Positions 18,193 to 27,663 of a stretch of DNA of 49,521 nt are shown here, piece after piece; position 1 is the first letter of the stretch; each line of letters starts with the position of its first letter. The stretch comes from Dysgonamonadaceae bacterium (GTDB lineage: Bacteria > Bacteroidota > Bacteroidia > Bacteroidales > Azobacteroidaceae), in the NCBI GenBank assembly GCA_031259075.1, contig JAIRLY010000059.1:1-49521 (forward strand), given 5' to 3'. Position numbers and translations under genes: made by a program. The notes below the pieces were generated by a model. It was not told the origin of the DNA and searched no databases. It saw nothing but the letters and a program-made list of their open reading frames with translations.

Positions 18193-21100
18193 ATGCAAAA
18201 AATAAAATATTATATCGTTGTCATTTGTTGCTTGTTTGCTTGGGAGATGGTAAATGCACAAAATGACTCGTTGTTGCCCGAAGATGAAATCAATGTTTTG
18301 TATGTTCGGCTTTATGTCAAGGAATCGGACAACGCCGACTCATTGTTGATCGGAGACAAGCGGCCGACAAGCGGCCGCACTAATATGGGCTACTACTCCA
18401 TGCCAAACGCCGCAATAACCGGCGCGGTAGAAACCGTGTCGGGCGCAACACTCGCAAAAACGCCCTCGGCTAACCTCAGTCATTCGTTTGCAGGGCGTTT
18501 CATCGGACTGACTACGATGGAAAGTTCAAGCGAACTTTCCAATGCTTCCATCAGCAAGTTTATTCGCGGAATTTCGACTGTCAACGGCACATTGCCGCTG
18601 GTAATTATCGACGGTATTGCTTGTCCTTCCTATAACTGGGACTACATTACCCCACAGGAAATAGAAAGCATTTCAGTCCTCAAAGACGGCGCGTCAACCG
18701 CTATTTACGGTATGCAGGGTGCAGGCGGTGCTATCATCATAACCACCAAACGCGGTTTTGAGGGAAAGGCAAAAATTGATGTATTCGTGGACAATGCCTT
18801 TCAACAAAACGTGCGCCACCCGGAGTTTATCAATTCGGCGCAATATGCCCAAATGCGCAATCAAGCATTTATTAACGACGGAATGAATCCGCCATTCAGC
18901 CAAAGCGACATTGAAGGCTTTCAACAGGGCAATAATCCTCTGTACCCGAATAACGACTGGTATTCGATGTCGGTACGGGACTGGACGACGATGCAGCGGG
19001 CAGGCCTTAGTGTTGCGGGCGGCAATGAGGGCGTCCGTTATTACACCAATTTGGGTTATATGCACCAGACGTCGCCCATGAAAATAAGCGACGATCCCAA
19101 TCGGAAGTACGACCCCGCGCCGCAGGCGAACAGCATCAATTTCCGTTCCAATGTGGATATCCTGCTCAACAAATATTTAACAGGATACGTGGGTTTAAGC
19201 GGAAATATCAATCTGCAAAGAACTACGTACTACCCGGCTACAGTCGCTTACTCGGCTATTTTCGATCTGCCGCCTACCTTGTTCGGACCCTTGACGGGCG
19301 ATTATGCCTTGCCTGACACTGATGTAACCAATCAGGTAACGTCAATCGACGACAGCAACACTACGCCCGTATATGGGATGTTAAACCGTTCGGGCTACCG
19401 GAATATACTTCAAACAACCATTGCGGCGCAGGCAGGAGTAACAATGGATATGAGTTTCCTTCTAAAGGGGCTGTCCGCTTCGGCTCTGTTGGCATATCAA
19501 ACCTATACGTACAGCAATACGGCCACTACGCAAAATTTTGAACGCTACGCCGTTACTTCCAGATTCGGTGAAGAACCGACTTTTAGAAAACTTGGCGACG
19601 GTACGCAAAGCTACGATAATACGCCGCTGATTTATGGTAAATTTACGCAATTTTCGTACAACCTGAATCTGTTTGCCCACGCCGACTATAACCGGACATT
19701 CGGCGAACACAGCATTTCGGCAATGGCCTACTGGCTTTCGCTTACCGACGACAAAATAATACCCTACGCATCAATTGCCGTTCAAGGCTACACAACTATA
19801 GGTTCGGAAATTTTGCCTTACCGCCGGAACGATATGGGCGCATACCTGCTCTACGGCTTCCGCAATCGTTATTTCTTGAAAGGCGACCTGGGATATACGG
19901 GCAGCGACCAGTTTGCACGCGGTCATCGTTACGTGGCAACGCCAGCCGTTTCGGCTGCATGGATCGCCTCGGAAGAAGCATTTTTGAAAGACAACGCTTT
20001 CCTCACTTATCTGAAACTCCGGGCTTCGTATGGTATCAATGCCAACGACCAACTTGGCGATAACCGCTTTCTGTATCTCGACAAGTATGACGCCTACGGT
20101 AACGAAGCGCAAAAGGGAAATCCGGAAGTAACCGCCGAAAAAATCAGGAAAATGAACTTCGGCGTGGATTTCAGTTTATTCCGCGACCTTTCGTTCGGTT
20201 TCGATTATTACCGCGCCTATACCAATACAATGCTGATTGACGGCTCCATTCCGTTGCCAACCTATTCGGGTATTTTGGTTTATCCCAAACTGAACGCCGG
20301 CGAAATGGAAAACAGGGGCTTTGAGGCGTCGGTAATGTATCAAAAACAGCTCAATAAAGACCTTTTGCTCTTTGCCGGGACAGGAGTCGCTTATAATAAA
20401 AATAAGGTAATCAGCGTAATGGAAGTACCCTGGGACGAAACATACAAATACAGATACCGTACTGAAGGTTACAGCGTGCTGCAAAATTGGGGCTATCTGG
20501 TTGATTACAGCAACGGCAACGGATATATCAACACGCCGGAAGAATTGGCCGCTGCGCCCATATATGAAATTTCCGGTATGGGTTCGCCGCGTTTGGGCGA
20601 TTTGCTGTATCAGGACATTAGCGGCGACGGAAGAATTGACAATAAAGACCTCGCACCGGTAGGAAACACGCTTATTCCGGAAATTTACTACAATGTAAAT
20701 CTCGGCTTCAACTACAAACGGTTTGAGTTTAGCGCACTCTTGCAGGGTACTGCCCGCTCAAACGATATGTTGATCAGTGGAGTCGGAATAGACGAATCGT
20801 GGGAGCAGGGATACTTTTCCGATATGCACCTGAATGCATGGACGCCGGAAAGATATGCGGCAAACGAAAAAATCGAATTTCCCGCATTGTCAACCAATAT
20901 TTCGACAAGCCATGCAGCAAACGATTTCTTTTTGGCTAGCACCGCTTACTTGCGTTTGCGGAATCTGGAAGTGGCATACACACTGCCCGAATCGCTATCC
21001 AAACAAGTTTCGGCAGGAAAAATCCGTGTCTATTTGAATGCCCAAAATCTGTTTACAATAGACTATATGCCCTCTAAGTACATCGACCCTGAAACAAATT

Positions 21101-21204
21101 CAATAGACAATATGCCCACAAACTACACTAACGTTATTAGAACATATTCAACGGGATTTCATCCCTACCGGGTGTTTAATGTGGGGGTAAGCGCTACGTT
21201 TTGA
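18193..21204 (+). CDS. SusC/RagA TonB-dependent transporter 2 (no typical N-terminal CarboxypepD_reg-like domain)
   Basis: IESISVLKDGASTAIYGMQGAGGAIIITTKRG plug, KLRASYG, YLRLRNLEVAYT, C-terminal Phe. Confidence 0.93.
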   Translation: MQKIKYYIVVICCLFAWEMVNAQNDSLLPEDEINVLYVRLYVKESDNADSLLIGDKRPTSGRTNMGYYSMPNAAITGAVETVSGATLAKTPSANLSHSFAGRFIGLTTMESSSELSNASISKFIRGISTVNGTLPLVIIDGIACPSYNWDYITPQEIESISVLKDGASTAIYGMQGAGGAIIITTKRGFEGKAKIDVFVDNAFQQNVRHPEFINSAQYAQMRNQAFINDGMNPPFSQSDIEGFQQGNNPLYPNNDWYSMSVRDWTTMQRAGLSVAGGNEGVRYYTNLGYMHQTSPMKISDDPNRKYDPAPQANSINFRSNVDILLNKYLTGYVGLSGNINLQRTTYYPATVAYSAIFDLPPTLFGPLTGDYALPDTDVTNQVTSIDDSNTTPVYGMLNRSGYRNILQTTIAAQAGVTMDMSFLLKGLSASALLAYQTYTYSNTATTQNFERYAVTSRFGEEPTFRKLGDGTQSYDNTPLIYGKFTQFSYNLNLFAHADYNRTFGEHSISAMAYWLSLTDDKIIPYASIAVQGYTTIGSEILPYRRNDMGAYLLYGFRNRYFLKGDLGYTGSDQFARGHRYVATPAVSAAWIASEEAFLKDNAFLTYLKLRASYGINANDQLGDNRFLYLDKYDAYGNEAQKGNPEVTAEKIRKMNFGVDFSLFRDLSFGFDYYRAYTNTMLIDGSIPLPTYSGILVYPKLNAGEMENRGFEASVMYQKQLNKDLLLFAGTGVAYNKNKVISVMEVPWDETYKYRYRTEGYSVLQNWGYLVDYSNGNGYINTPEELAAAPIYEISGMGSPRLGDLLYQDISGDGRIDNKDLAPVGNTLIPEIYYNVNLGFNYKRFEFSALLQGTARSNDMLISGVGIDESWEQGYFSDMHLNAWTPERYAANEKIEFPALSTNISTSHAANDFFLASTAYLRLRNLEVAYTLPESLSKQVSAGKIRVYLNAQNLFTIDYMPSKYIDPETNSIDNMPTNYTNVIRTYSTGFHPYRVFNVGVSATF

Positions 21205-21343
21205 AAATGCAAAATGTAAAATATCTAAAGAGAATATCATATTGAAAACAAGAGTTAAGAAAAATATTAAAAATAATGCCATCAATGAAAATTAGAATAT
21301 TATCACGAACATTTTGCATTTTGCATTTTGCATTTTGCATTAT
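21204..21343 (+). pseudogene. Internally deleted copy of the heptamer/four-helix-bundle cassette
   Basis: Left arm aaaatgc aaaatgt aaaatat; 21227-21256 matches 15805-15832; 21257-21309 matches 16140-16193; right arm (GCATTTT)n at 21309-21343. Confidence 0.85.
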
Positions 21344-23570
21344 GTTCTCGGCTTGTACGGATTTGGATATGCCTTCCGACGGTAGCGTGGAACTGTCCGA
21401 TGTCTTTGCGCAACACAACACAATAGACGGATATTACAGCCAACTGCTGGCCGAGATACCGCAAATAGGCATGACCTATTACAGCGGACAGTATTTAACG
21501 TTTCTCGCTTCGTTTTGCGACGAAGCCGAAGATGTGAACAACAGAAGCAGCGGCGCTACTTACAGATGGTATAACGGTGGAACTACCTCCACTTACAACC
21601 CGCTAAGCGATGGATTGGGCGGACTATACGGCAGTTACAATAATGCATGGAGGTATTATTATCCCGTTATCCGCCGGTGCAATACATTTTTACAGCAAAT
21701 ACCCGAAGCAACCGCCACCGATTTGAATGAAACGGAAGTAGAGGGTTGGGTAGCGCAAATCAGAGTTCTTCGCGCTTATTCCTATCTGCAATTAATGAAG
21801 CGCTACGGCGGAGTGCCTTTAATGGACACGCCCTACGAAACGGAACACGACTATTCGCAAGACCGTCGCGCCTCAATAGAGGAAATTGCCGATTTTATTA
21901 TCGAACAGTGCGATTTGGCTTTAGCAGCGCCCGAACCTACTTTGCCCGATATTGGTTTTCGTTGGGACCTGAAAGACGACCAGCGGGGAAAAATTTCCCG
22001 CGCATTCGCCTATGCCGTAAAATCGCAGACCGCGCTGTTTGCCGCAAGTCCGCTGTTTTACGAAACAGGCAGCAAATATACTTGGGACAAGGCGACCGAC
22101 ATTACCAAAGAAGCGCTCGACCAATGCCTCGCACACGGATATGCACTCTACAAACGCTCGATGAACGACAACATGAACGCAAAGACGCTCAACGTTTACG
22201 GTTATTACTTTATTCAGCGTTCCGACCCCAGCCACGTACAGGACAAAGAAACCATTTTTGAATCCACTACGCTGAGATCAGCCGTGTGGCGGTATGCCTC
22301 ATTACCGACCTGGACAGGCGGCGTAAGCGCAGGCTCCTGTCCTTCGCAGGAACTGGTCGATGCCTACGAAACCACCGACGGCCAGCCGGTACTGGATTTG
22401 AACAATCCCTACACGAACAGCGATCATTTGCGGCCGAACTACAATCCGGCAAATACCCTGTACGACCCGAACGACCCGTATGAAAACCGCGACCCGCGCT
22501 TCTACGCTTCAATTTACTACAACGGCGCTTTGCGTAAATGGACGCCGGGCGTTTCAAAAGATCTTACGCCTCAATTTTTGTCGAACAGTAAGTATTATAA
22601 ATACTTGACACGGACAGCAAATGCAGACGGATCAGTGACTTTGGCTACGACAGACACGAATCCATATATCGAAACCGGAAATATCGGTGGAAGAATCGAA
22701 GGAAATACCGCATATCTCAGTTTTGAATACAAAAGCAATCAGACGGTCAATGATGCTTATTTTTACGCATTGGCGAATTCAAATAAATCGGAAGCGCTTA
22801 CTATTCCGCAAGCCGGCGATTGGACGGAATTTAAATACGACCTGGATGATTTTCGTGAGAATTTCGATTTTGGCGAAAAATCGAACGACTACCTCGGTTT
22901 TATTCCTTCGGCAAGCACCGTCGGTTACAAAATTACAGTTCGTAATATGAAAATAACTATGAGTACGCCGCCTGTACCGATAGCATCGGTGGAAACATTT
23001 ATCGACGGAAACAGCGCCATTTCGGACGATGTAACCAATCTGCGCCATACGCGCACGGGTTACTATCTGCGCAAATTCAACAGCGCGCAATCGGAAACCG
23101 GCGTTGAAGACGACGGTTATGTGAAAATGTTCCGTTTGGGCGAACTGTACCTCAACTTTGCCGAAGCAGCATACAACGCAAAAGGACCCGACGTTGCCGT
23201 CGATGGAATGTCGGCTCGTGATGCGGTAAATGCCGTCCGCGCCCGTGCAGAGATGCCTGAATTGCCCGCAGGAATGACTAAAGATGCGTTTGAAAAACGT
23301 TACCGCAACGAACGCCGCGTAGAACTGGCCTTCGAAGAACACCGTTTCTTCGACGTGCGTCGCTGGAAAATTTTGAATGAAACCGACGGCGGTGTTACCG
23401 GTATGCGCATTACCAAAAACGAAGACGACACATTCAACTACGAACGCGTGAAAATGGTAAACCGCGCCACGACCGCCGATAAATACCTGCTGTTCCCCAT
23501 TCCGCAAACGGAAGTCGCTAAAATGTTGCAATACACCGGAACGGATTGGCAAAATCCGGGCTGGGAATAA
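21285..23570 (+). CDS. SusD/RagB lipoprotein 2 with an internal extra domain
   Basis: Start moved to ATG 21285 by analogy with SusD1; lipobox FSAC, RDPRFYASI, TGYY, FRLGELYLNFAEA, NERRVELAFEEHRFFDVRRW, QNPGW. Confidence 0.95.
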   Translation: MKIRILSRTFCILHFAFCIMFSACTDLDMPSDGSVELSDVFAQHNTIDGYYSQLLAEIPQIGMTYYSGQYLTFLASFCDEAEDVNNRSSGATYRWYNGGTTSTYNPLSDGLGGLYGSYNNAWRYYYPVIRRCNTFLQQIPEATATDLNETEVEGWVAQIRVLRAYSYLQLMKRYGGVPLMDTPYETEHDYSQDRRASIEEIADFIIEQCDLALAAPEPTLPDIGFRWDLKDDQRGKISRAFAYAVKSQTALFAASPLFYETGSKYTWDKATDITKEALDQCLAHGYALYKRSMNDNMNAKTLNVYGYYFIQRSDPSHVQDKETIFESTTLRSAVWRYASLPTWTGGVSAGSCPSQELVDAYETTDGQPVLDLNNPYTNSDHLRPNYNPANTLYDPNDPYENRDPRFYASIYYNGALRKWTPGVSKDLTPQFLSNSKYYKYLTRTANADGSVTLATTDTNPYIETGNIGGRIEGNTAYLSFEYKSNQTVNDAYFYALANSNKSEALTIPQAGDWTEFKYDLDDFRENFDFGEKSNDYLGFIPSASTVGYKITVRNMKITMSTPPVPIASVETFIDGNSAISDDVTNLRHTRTGYYLRKFNSAQSETGVEDDGYVKMFRLGELYLNFAEAAYNAKGPDVAVDGMSARDAVNAVRARAEMPELPAGMTKDAFEKRYRNERRVELAFEEHRFFDVRRWKILNETDGGVTGMRITKNEDDTFNYERVKMVNRATTADKYLLFPIPQTEVAKMLQYTGTDWQNPGWE

Positions 23571-23576
23571 TTTATT

Positions 23577-23620
23577 TTTTTGAAGCTGCGAATGGACGAA
23601 TTTTATTCGTCCATTCGCGG
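23577..23620 (+). repeat. Hairpin / left inverted repeat of TA cassette
   Basis: Perfect stem GCGAATGGACGAAT-ttt-ATTCGTCCATTCGC 23588-23618; 23577-23610 is a 33/34 reverse complement of 24146-24179. Confidence 0.85.
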
Positions 23621-23697
23621 CAAATAAAGAATAGAAACATTTGAAAATATTTTGTATAGTTTGAGCCGCAAATTTATTTAGTATAAAAACAATTTTT

Positions 23698-23937
23698 ATG
23701 GAAGCAATTGTAGTACAAGTAAACAATAAACAAGCATTTAAGTTTTTAGAAAATTTAGAAGAATTAAATGTTATAAAAGTGTTGCGGCACATTCCCTGTT
23801 CGCAGGTTAATGCAATAATAGAAAACAACAGCAGCACGAATCGAGACAAGCGTTTAACAGAAATCCAATCTGTCACAAAAAATATCAATATTGACTTAAC
23901 AGGCTTTCATTTTAACCGCGATGATGCAAACAACTAG
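23698..23937 (+). CDS. Putative antitoxin (small protein upstream of PIN gene)
   Basis: 79 aa, C-terminal GFHFNRDDAN, overlaps the PIN start. Confidence 0.7.
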   Translation: MEAIVVQVNNKQAFKFLENLEELNVIKVLRHIPCSQVNAIIENNSSTNRDKRLTEIQSVTKNINIDLTGFHFNRDDANN

Positions 23938-24124
23938 GATTGAAAAACAATTTGCATTAGATACTAATGTTCTTATTTATTTGGAAGGAAATGATCCTGT
24001 AAAACGTAAAATTGCAGAGTCATTATTATCGCTTGACCCCGTTATCCCGTCACAAATTATATCCGGGTTTATCAGTTTTATTGACTGTCCCCTTGTTCAG
24101 GCGAGGTTACTAAGATTAATTTAA
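23921..24124 (+). pseudogene. Truncated PIN/VapC toxin
   Basis: FALDTNVLIY first PIN motif; only 67 aa, later acidic catalytic motifs absent. Confidence 0.75.
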
Positions 24125-24125
24125 T

Positions 24126-24179
24126 CCGCGAATGTACGAATAAACACGAATAAAATTCGTCCATTCGCAGTTTCAAAAA
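24126..24179 (-). repeat. Right inverted repeat / hairpin of TA cassette
   Basis: Reverse complement of 23577-23620 with one extra 10-nt unit (ACGAATAAAC). Confidence 0.85.
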
Positions 24180-24208
24180 GAATATAAATAAAATAAAAAT
24201 ATAAACAC

Positions 24209-26080
24209 ATGAAAAATAATAAATTAATACACAAAACGTTTTGCATTTTGCTTTTTGCATTTTGCTTTATACTTTCATTTCTCTCGTGTAAAGAAGATAA
24301 AGACGATGAGAAAGTGCGCGTAACCGGCGTAACCTTAGACAGAGAGGAATATGCACTCGCACCCGATTCTACGGTACAGCTTACCGCCACAGTAACGCCG
24401 GAAAATGCCGATTCTAAAGAAATAACGTGGCATTCGACAGAGGAAACCGTTGCTGCGGTGAACGAAACCGGACTTGTTACCGCCCTGACCGAAGGTACGG
24501 CATCCATTGTCGTTACAACAGTCGATGGCGAATTGACCGATACCTGCGCAATAACGGTCCTCCACATAGCCGTACCTGTAACCGGCGTATCGTTAGACAA
24601 AAATTCGTTAACACTCAAGCCCGATTCCACCGTACAGCTTACCGCCGCAGTAATGCCCGAAAATGCCGATGTTCAGGAAATAATATGGCATTCAATCGGC
24701 GAAACCATTGCTACTGTAAGCACAACCGGACTTGTTACCGCCATAGCAGAAGGTACAACATCCATTGTTGTTACAACAGTCGATGGCGGATTGACCGATA
24801 CCTGCACAGTTACGGTTGAACACGTAGTCGTACCTGTAACCGGCGTGTCGTTAGACAAAGATTCATTGTGGCTGACGCCGAATTCCACAGAACAACTTAC
24901 CGCCGCCGTAACGCCTGAAAATGCCGATTTTAAAGAAATAACATGGCGTTCAACTGAGGAAGCCGTAGCCACAGTAAGCTCAACCGGACTTGTTACCGCC
25001 CTGACCGAAGGAGAAACTTCCATTATCGTTACAACCGTCGGAGGCAATTTTGCAGATACCTGTACAGTAACGGTTTTTGTTGAAAACAAATACAAACTGA
25101 TTGCCGATCTCAATCCCTCCATCTTCACTGTTTCTAAACTGAACGACCCGACGCCGCCCGACGGCGAATATTGGGAACACGGAAGTTCTTTCAAACTTTG
25201 GGAACACACGGAAGGTTACGGACACGGTGTTAAAATCACTATCGTAGGAGAATCTTTCAGCCGCGAGGATAACAAAAACGACGGCGTATATGAAAGATGG
25301 TGTAAAAAAATGGCTTCGAGATTACTGAACAATCACATTATTTGCAATTTCCGCAACTATATAGATATTTATGTCGCTGTGGCGGAATCGCCTGTAAGCG
25401 TCATTAATGAAACAACTCCCGGCTTTTTCGGCACAACAATTACCGCTGGAACTAATTTTGACAAGGCGAATGCGTTTACCGTAGAGGCAATCCCCGAATT
25501 GGCGGGCGTTCTCAACCGTTCCTATATTCTCATAGCCAATGGCATGATGGGCGGATATGCTAACTTCGGATGGCCGGCAGGCAACGGCGGAAGCGCATGG
25601 TGGAGTACGGCTATGGGACCCGAAAGCCGCGACGATATTAGTACCTATTGGATGATGCACGAATTTATAGGACACGGTTTTGCTGCACTTGCCGACGAAT
25701 ACCCCGACGCCACAGGCTCGTATGATTTCGCATGGCAAAGAAGCGGAATGGTTTGCAACGTTTCAAACACCAGCGACCCGGCCAAAGCGCCTTGGAAACG
25801 ATTTATCGGACTTGAAGGTTACGATGAAGTAGGTGTATATCCGGTAGAGCCCGGAGTATGGAAACCGGAAGCATATTCCATTATGGTGAGTGACCAGCAA
25901 GGTTTTTATTACAATGCCCAGTCGCGCTGGCTCATCTATAAACACATTTACGATTGCTCGAAATTTCTCGACAATCAAAGCGGCAACAACACCCCTAAAC
26001 CGAAAAAATACGAATCGGGCGAAGAAGCCGCGTTGTTCGAAGCATTTTTAGAATTTGACAAATTGTACAATATTAAATAG
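24209..26080 (+). CDS. Lipoprotein with three Big_2 Ig-like repeats and an M64-like zinc peptidase domain
   Basis: Lipobox FLSC; three VTGV(T/S)LD...TVDG...DTC repeats; HEFIGHGFAALADEY zinc motif, PWKRF..EVGVY. Confidence 0.85.
   Translation: MKNNKLIHKTFCILLFAFCFILSFLSCKEDKDDEKVRVTGVTLDREEYALAPDSTVQLTATVTPENADSKEITWHSTEETVAAVNETGLVTALTEGTASIVVTTVDGELTDTCAITVLHIAVPVTGVSLDKNSLTLKPDSTVQLTAAVMPENADVQEIIWHSIGETIATVSTTGLVTAIAEGTTSIVVTTVDGGLTDTCTVTVEHVVVPVTGVSLDKDSLWLTPNSTEQLTAAVTPENADFKEITWRSTEEAVATVSSTGLVTALTEGETSIIVTTVGGNFADTCTVTVFVENKYKLIADLNPSIFTVSKLNDPTPPDGEYWEHGSSFKLWEHTEGYGHGVKITIVGESFSREDNKNDGVYERWCKKMASRLLNNHIICNFRNYIDIYVAVAESPVSVINETTPGFFGTTITAGTNFDKANAFTVEAIPELAGVLNRSYILIANGMMGGYANFGWPAGNGGSAWWSTAMGPESRDDISTYWMMHEFIGHGFAALADEYPDATGSYDFAWQRSGMVCNVSNTSDPAKAPWKRFIGLEGYDEVGVYPVEPGVWKPEAYSIMVSDQQGFYYNAQSRWLIYKHIYDCSKFLDNQSGNNTPKPKKYESGEEAALFEAFLEFDKLYNIK
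24236..24270 (+). repeat. Solo right-arm heptamer repeat in signal peptide
   Basis: acgtttt gcatttt gcttttt gcatttt gctttat encoding TFCILLFAFCF. Confidence 0.85.
24320..25075 (+). repeat. Three intragenic 258-bp tandem repeats (Big_2 domains)
   Basis: GTAACCGGCGT recurs at 24320, 24578 and 24836. Confidence 0.9.
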
Positions 26081-26083
26081 TTC

Positions 26084-27280
26084 ATGAAATACTTATTTAG
26101 CATTTTGCATTTTACATGCTGCAAGGCAGAAGAAAATCCCGTCGAGTTCGATGAATTCGGCATACAAAACGAGAAACTCCGCCTCATTCAAGATACCGCC
26201 CGAGGCGGAGCTATCTCGTATATTTCGCTTGCCGGCAGCGAGCGGAATCTGGTCAACAATGCCGACGAAGGACGCTATATTCAGCAATCCTATTATGCCG
26301 GAAATTCGGTGGACAGGCAGGAGGAAGGGCAATCGCCCCATTGGTCGCCATGGACGTGGAATCCCATTCAATGCGGCGACTACGCCCGCAACCGCGCCCA
26401 AATACTCGAAACCCGCCAAACAGCCGACAGCACATACGTCAAGTGTATTCCCATGCAATGGGATATGGATGGGATGTACGCCGAAGCCGAAATGGAACAG
26501 TGGACTTCGCTCGACGGCAATGTGGTGAGCGTGCGGTGCCGCTTAACCTGCCGCCGCACCGACGACATTTACGGCGAAAACATTCCGAGGGATCAGGAAA
26601 TTCCGGCGGTGTATCCGATTTCTGCGCTCAACAATCTTTATTCCTACTTTGGCGATGCACCTTTTACCGGCGCGGCGATTGTAAATACCGAAGTCATTCA
26701 GCTCGAAAGCGGCTTTTGGGGAAGGTACACGCCCGGCAACGGCAACTTTCCATCCGAAAAATGGATGGCTTTTGTGGATGACAACGGTTGGGGACTGGGC
26801 GTATATTCGCCGCAGGCAACCGAATTTCTGGCCGGCCGTTCCGGATATGCGGGAGGAGAATCTACATCGTTTTGGACGGGCTATATTGCGCCTTTGCGGG
26901 TAGAAGCATTGATGAAAAACTCCGTGACCGAATACAGTTATTATTTAGTTGTCGGAACTTTAGACGAAATCCGTGCGAAAATATATGAAATTCACCATTC
27001 GTTTCCCACTTCAAATACAACGGTAAACAAAGAAGAAAAAAACGATTTGAAAATTTACCCGAATCCGGCAAACGCACAAATACAAATTACCAATTGCGAA
27101 TTACGAAAAGGAGATACAATTGAAATTTTTGATTTGGAAGGCAAATTGCAAAAATCAGTATCAATGAGCAATAATCAATCCGCTTTTGATCTCGACATTT
27201 CAAGCTTGCACCAAGGGATGTACTTCGTATCGGTAAATTCAGCCGAAAGAACAGCCGCAGCTTATTTCATCAAAGAATGA
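26084..27280 (+). CDS. Uncharacterised secreted protein with T9SS C-terminal domain
   Basis: KIYPNPA...IFDLEGK...DISSLHQGMYFV CTD; Trp/Tyr-rich core of unknown family; short heptamer-derived leader (26100-26113). Confidence 0.8.
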   Translation: MKYLFSILHFTCCKAEENPVEFDEFGIQNEKLRLIQDTARGGAISYISLAGSERNLVNNADEGRYIQQSYYAGNSVDRQEEGQSPHWSPWTWNPIQCGDYARNRAQILETRQTADSTYVKCIPMQWDMDGMYAEAEMEQWTSLDGNVVSVRCRLTCRRTDDIYGENIPRDQEIPAVYPISALNNLYSYFGDAPFTGAAIVNTEVIQLESGFWGRYTPGNGNFPSEKWMAFVDDNGWGLGVYSPQATEFLAGRSGYAGGESTSFWTGYIAPLRVEALMKNSVTEYSYYLVVGTLDEIRAKIYEIHHSFPTSNTTVNKEEKNDLKIYPNPANAQIQITNCELRKGDTIEIFDLEGKLQKSVSMSNNQSAFDLDISSLHQGMYFVSVNSAERTAAAYFIKE

Positions 27281-27346
27281 AACGAAGCATCAAGTCCACT
27301 TTATGTAATAAATAATCGTTATCTTTGCAATTAAATCACTTATACA

Positions 27347-27658
27347 ATGAATCAGCAAATTCTCGAAGATATCCGCCAACTCAAACGCCAACTGATACCC
27401 AACGAACGTTTGATACTTTTCGGTTCTCAGGTGCGAGGCGATGCTAAACCCGATTCGGATTGGGATTTATTGTTAGTAGTAAATTCAGGATCAACAAGTC
27501 TTGACGACGAAATAAAATATTCTTATCCCTTTACAAAATTAGGATGGAAATATAATATTGATTTGAATGTTTTGTTATATTCCGAAAAAGATTGGGAGAA
27601 AAGGAATTTTACGCCTTTTTATAAAAATGTTTTAACAGAAGGAATAGAAATAGGTTAA
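27347..27658 (+). CDS. Minimal nucleotidyltransferase (MNT) antitoxin
   Basis: LILFGSQVRGDAKPDSDWDLL; own promoter TATCTTTG at 27320-27327. Confidence 0.88.
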   Translation: MNQQILEDIRQLKRQLIPNERLILFGSQVRGDAKPDSDWDLLLVVNSGSTSLDDEIKYSYPFTKLGWKYNIDLNVLLYSEKDWEKRNFTPFYKNVLTEGIEIG

Positions 27659-27663
27659 AAGCT

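Noticed and set aside
22779-23888. 369-aa minus-strand ORF
   Set aside because: Antisense shadow of SusD2 and the antitoxin; no motifs
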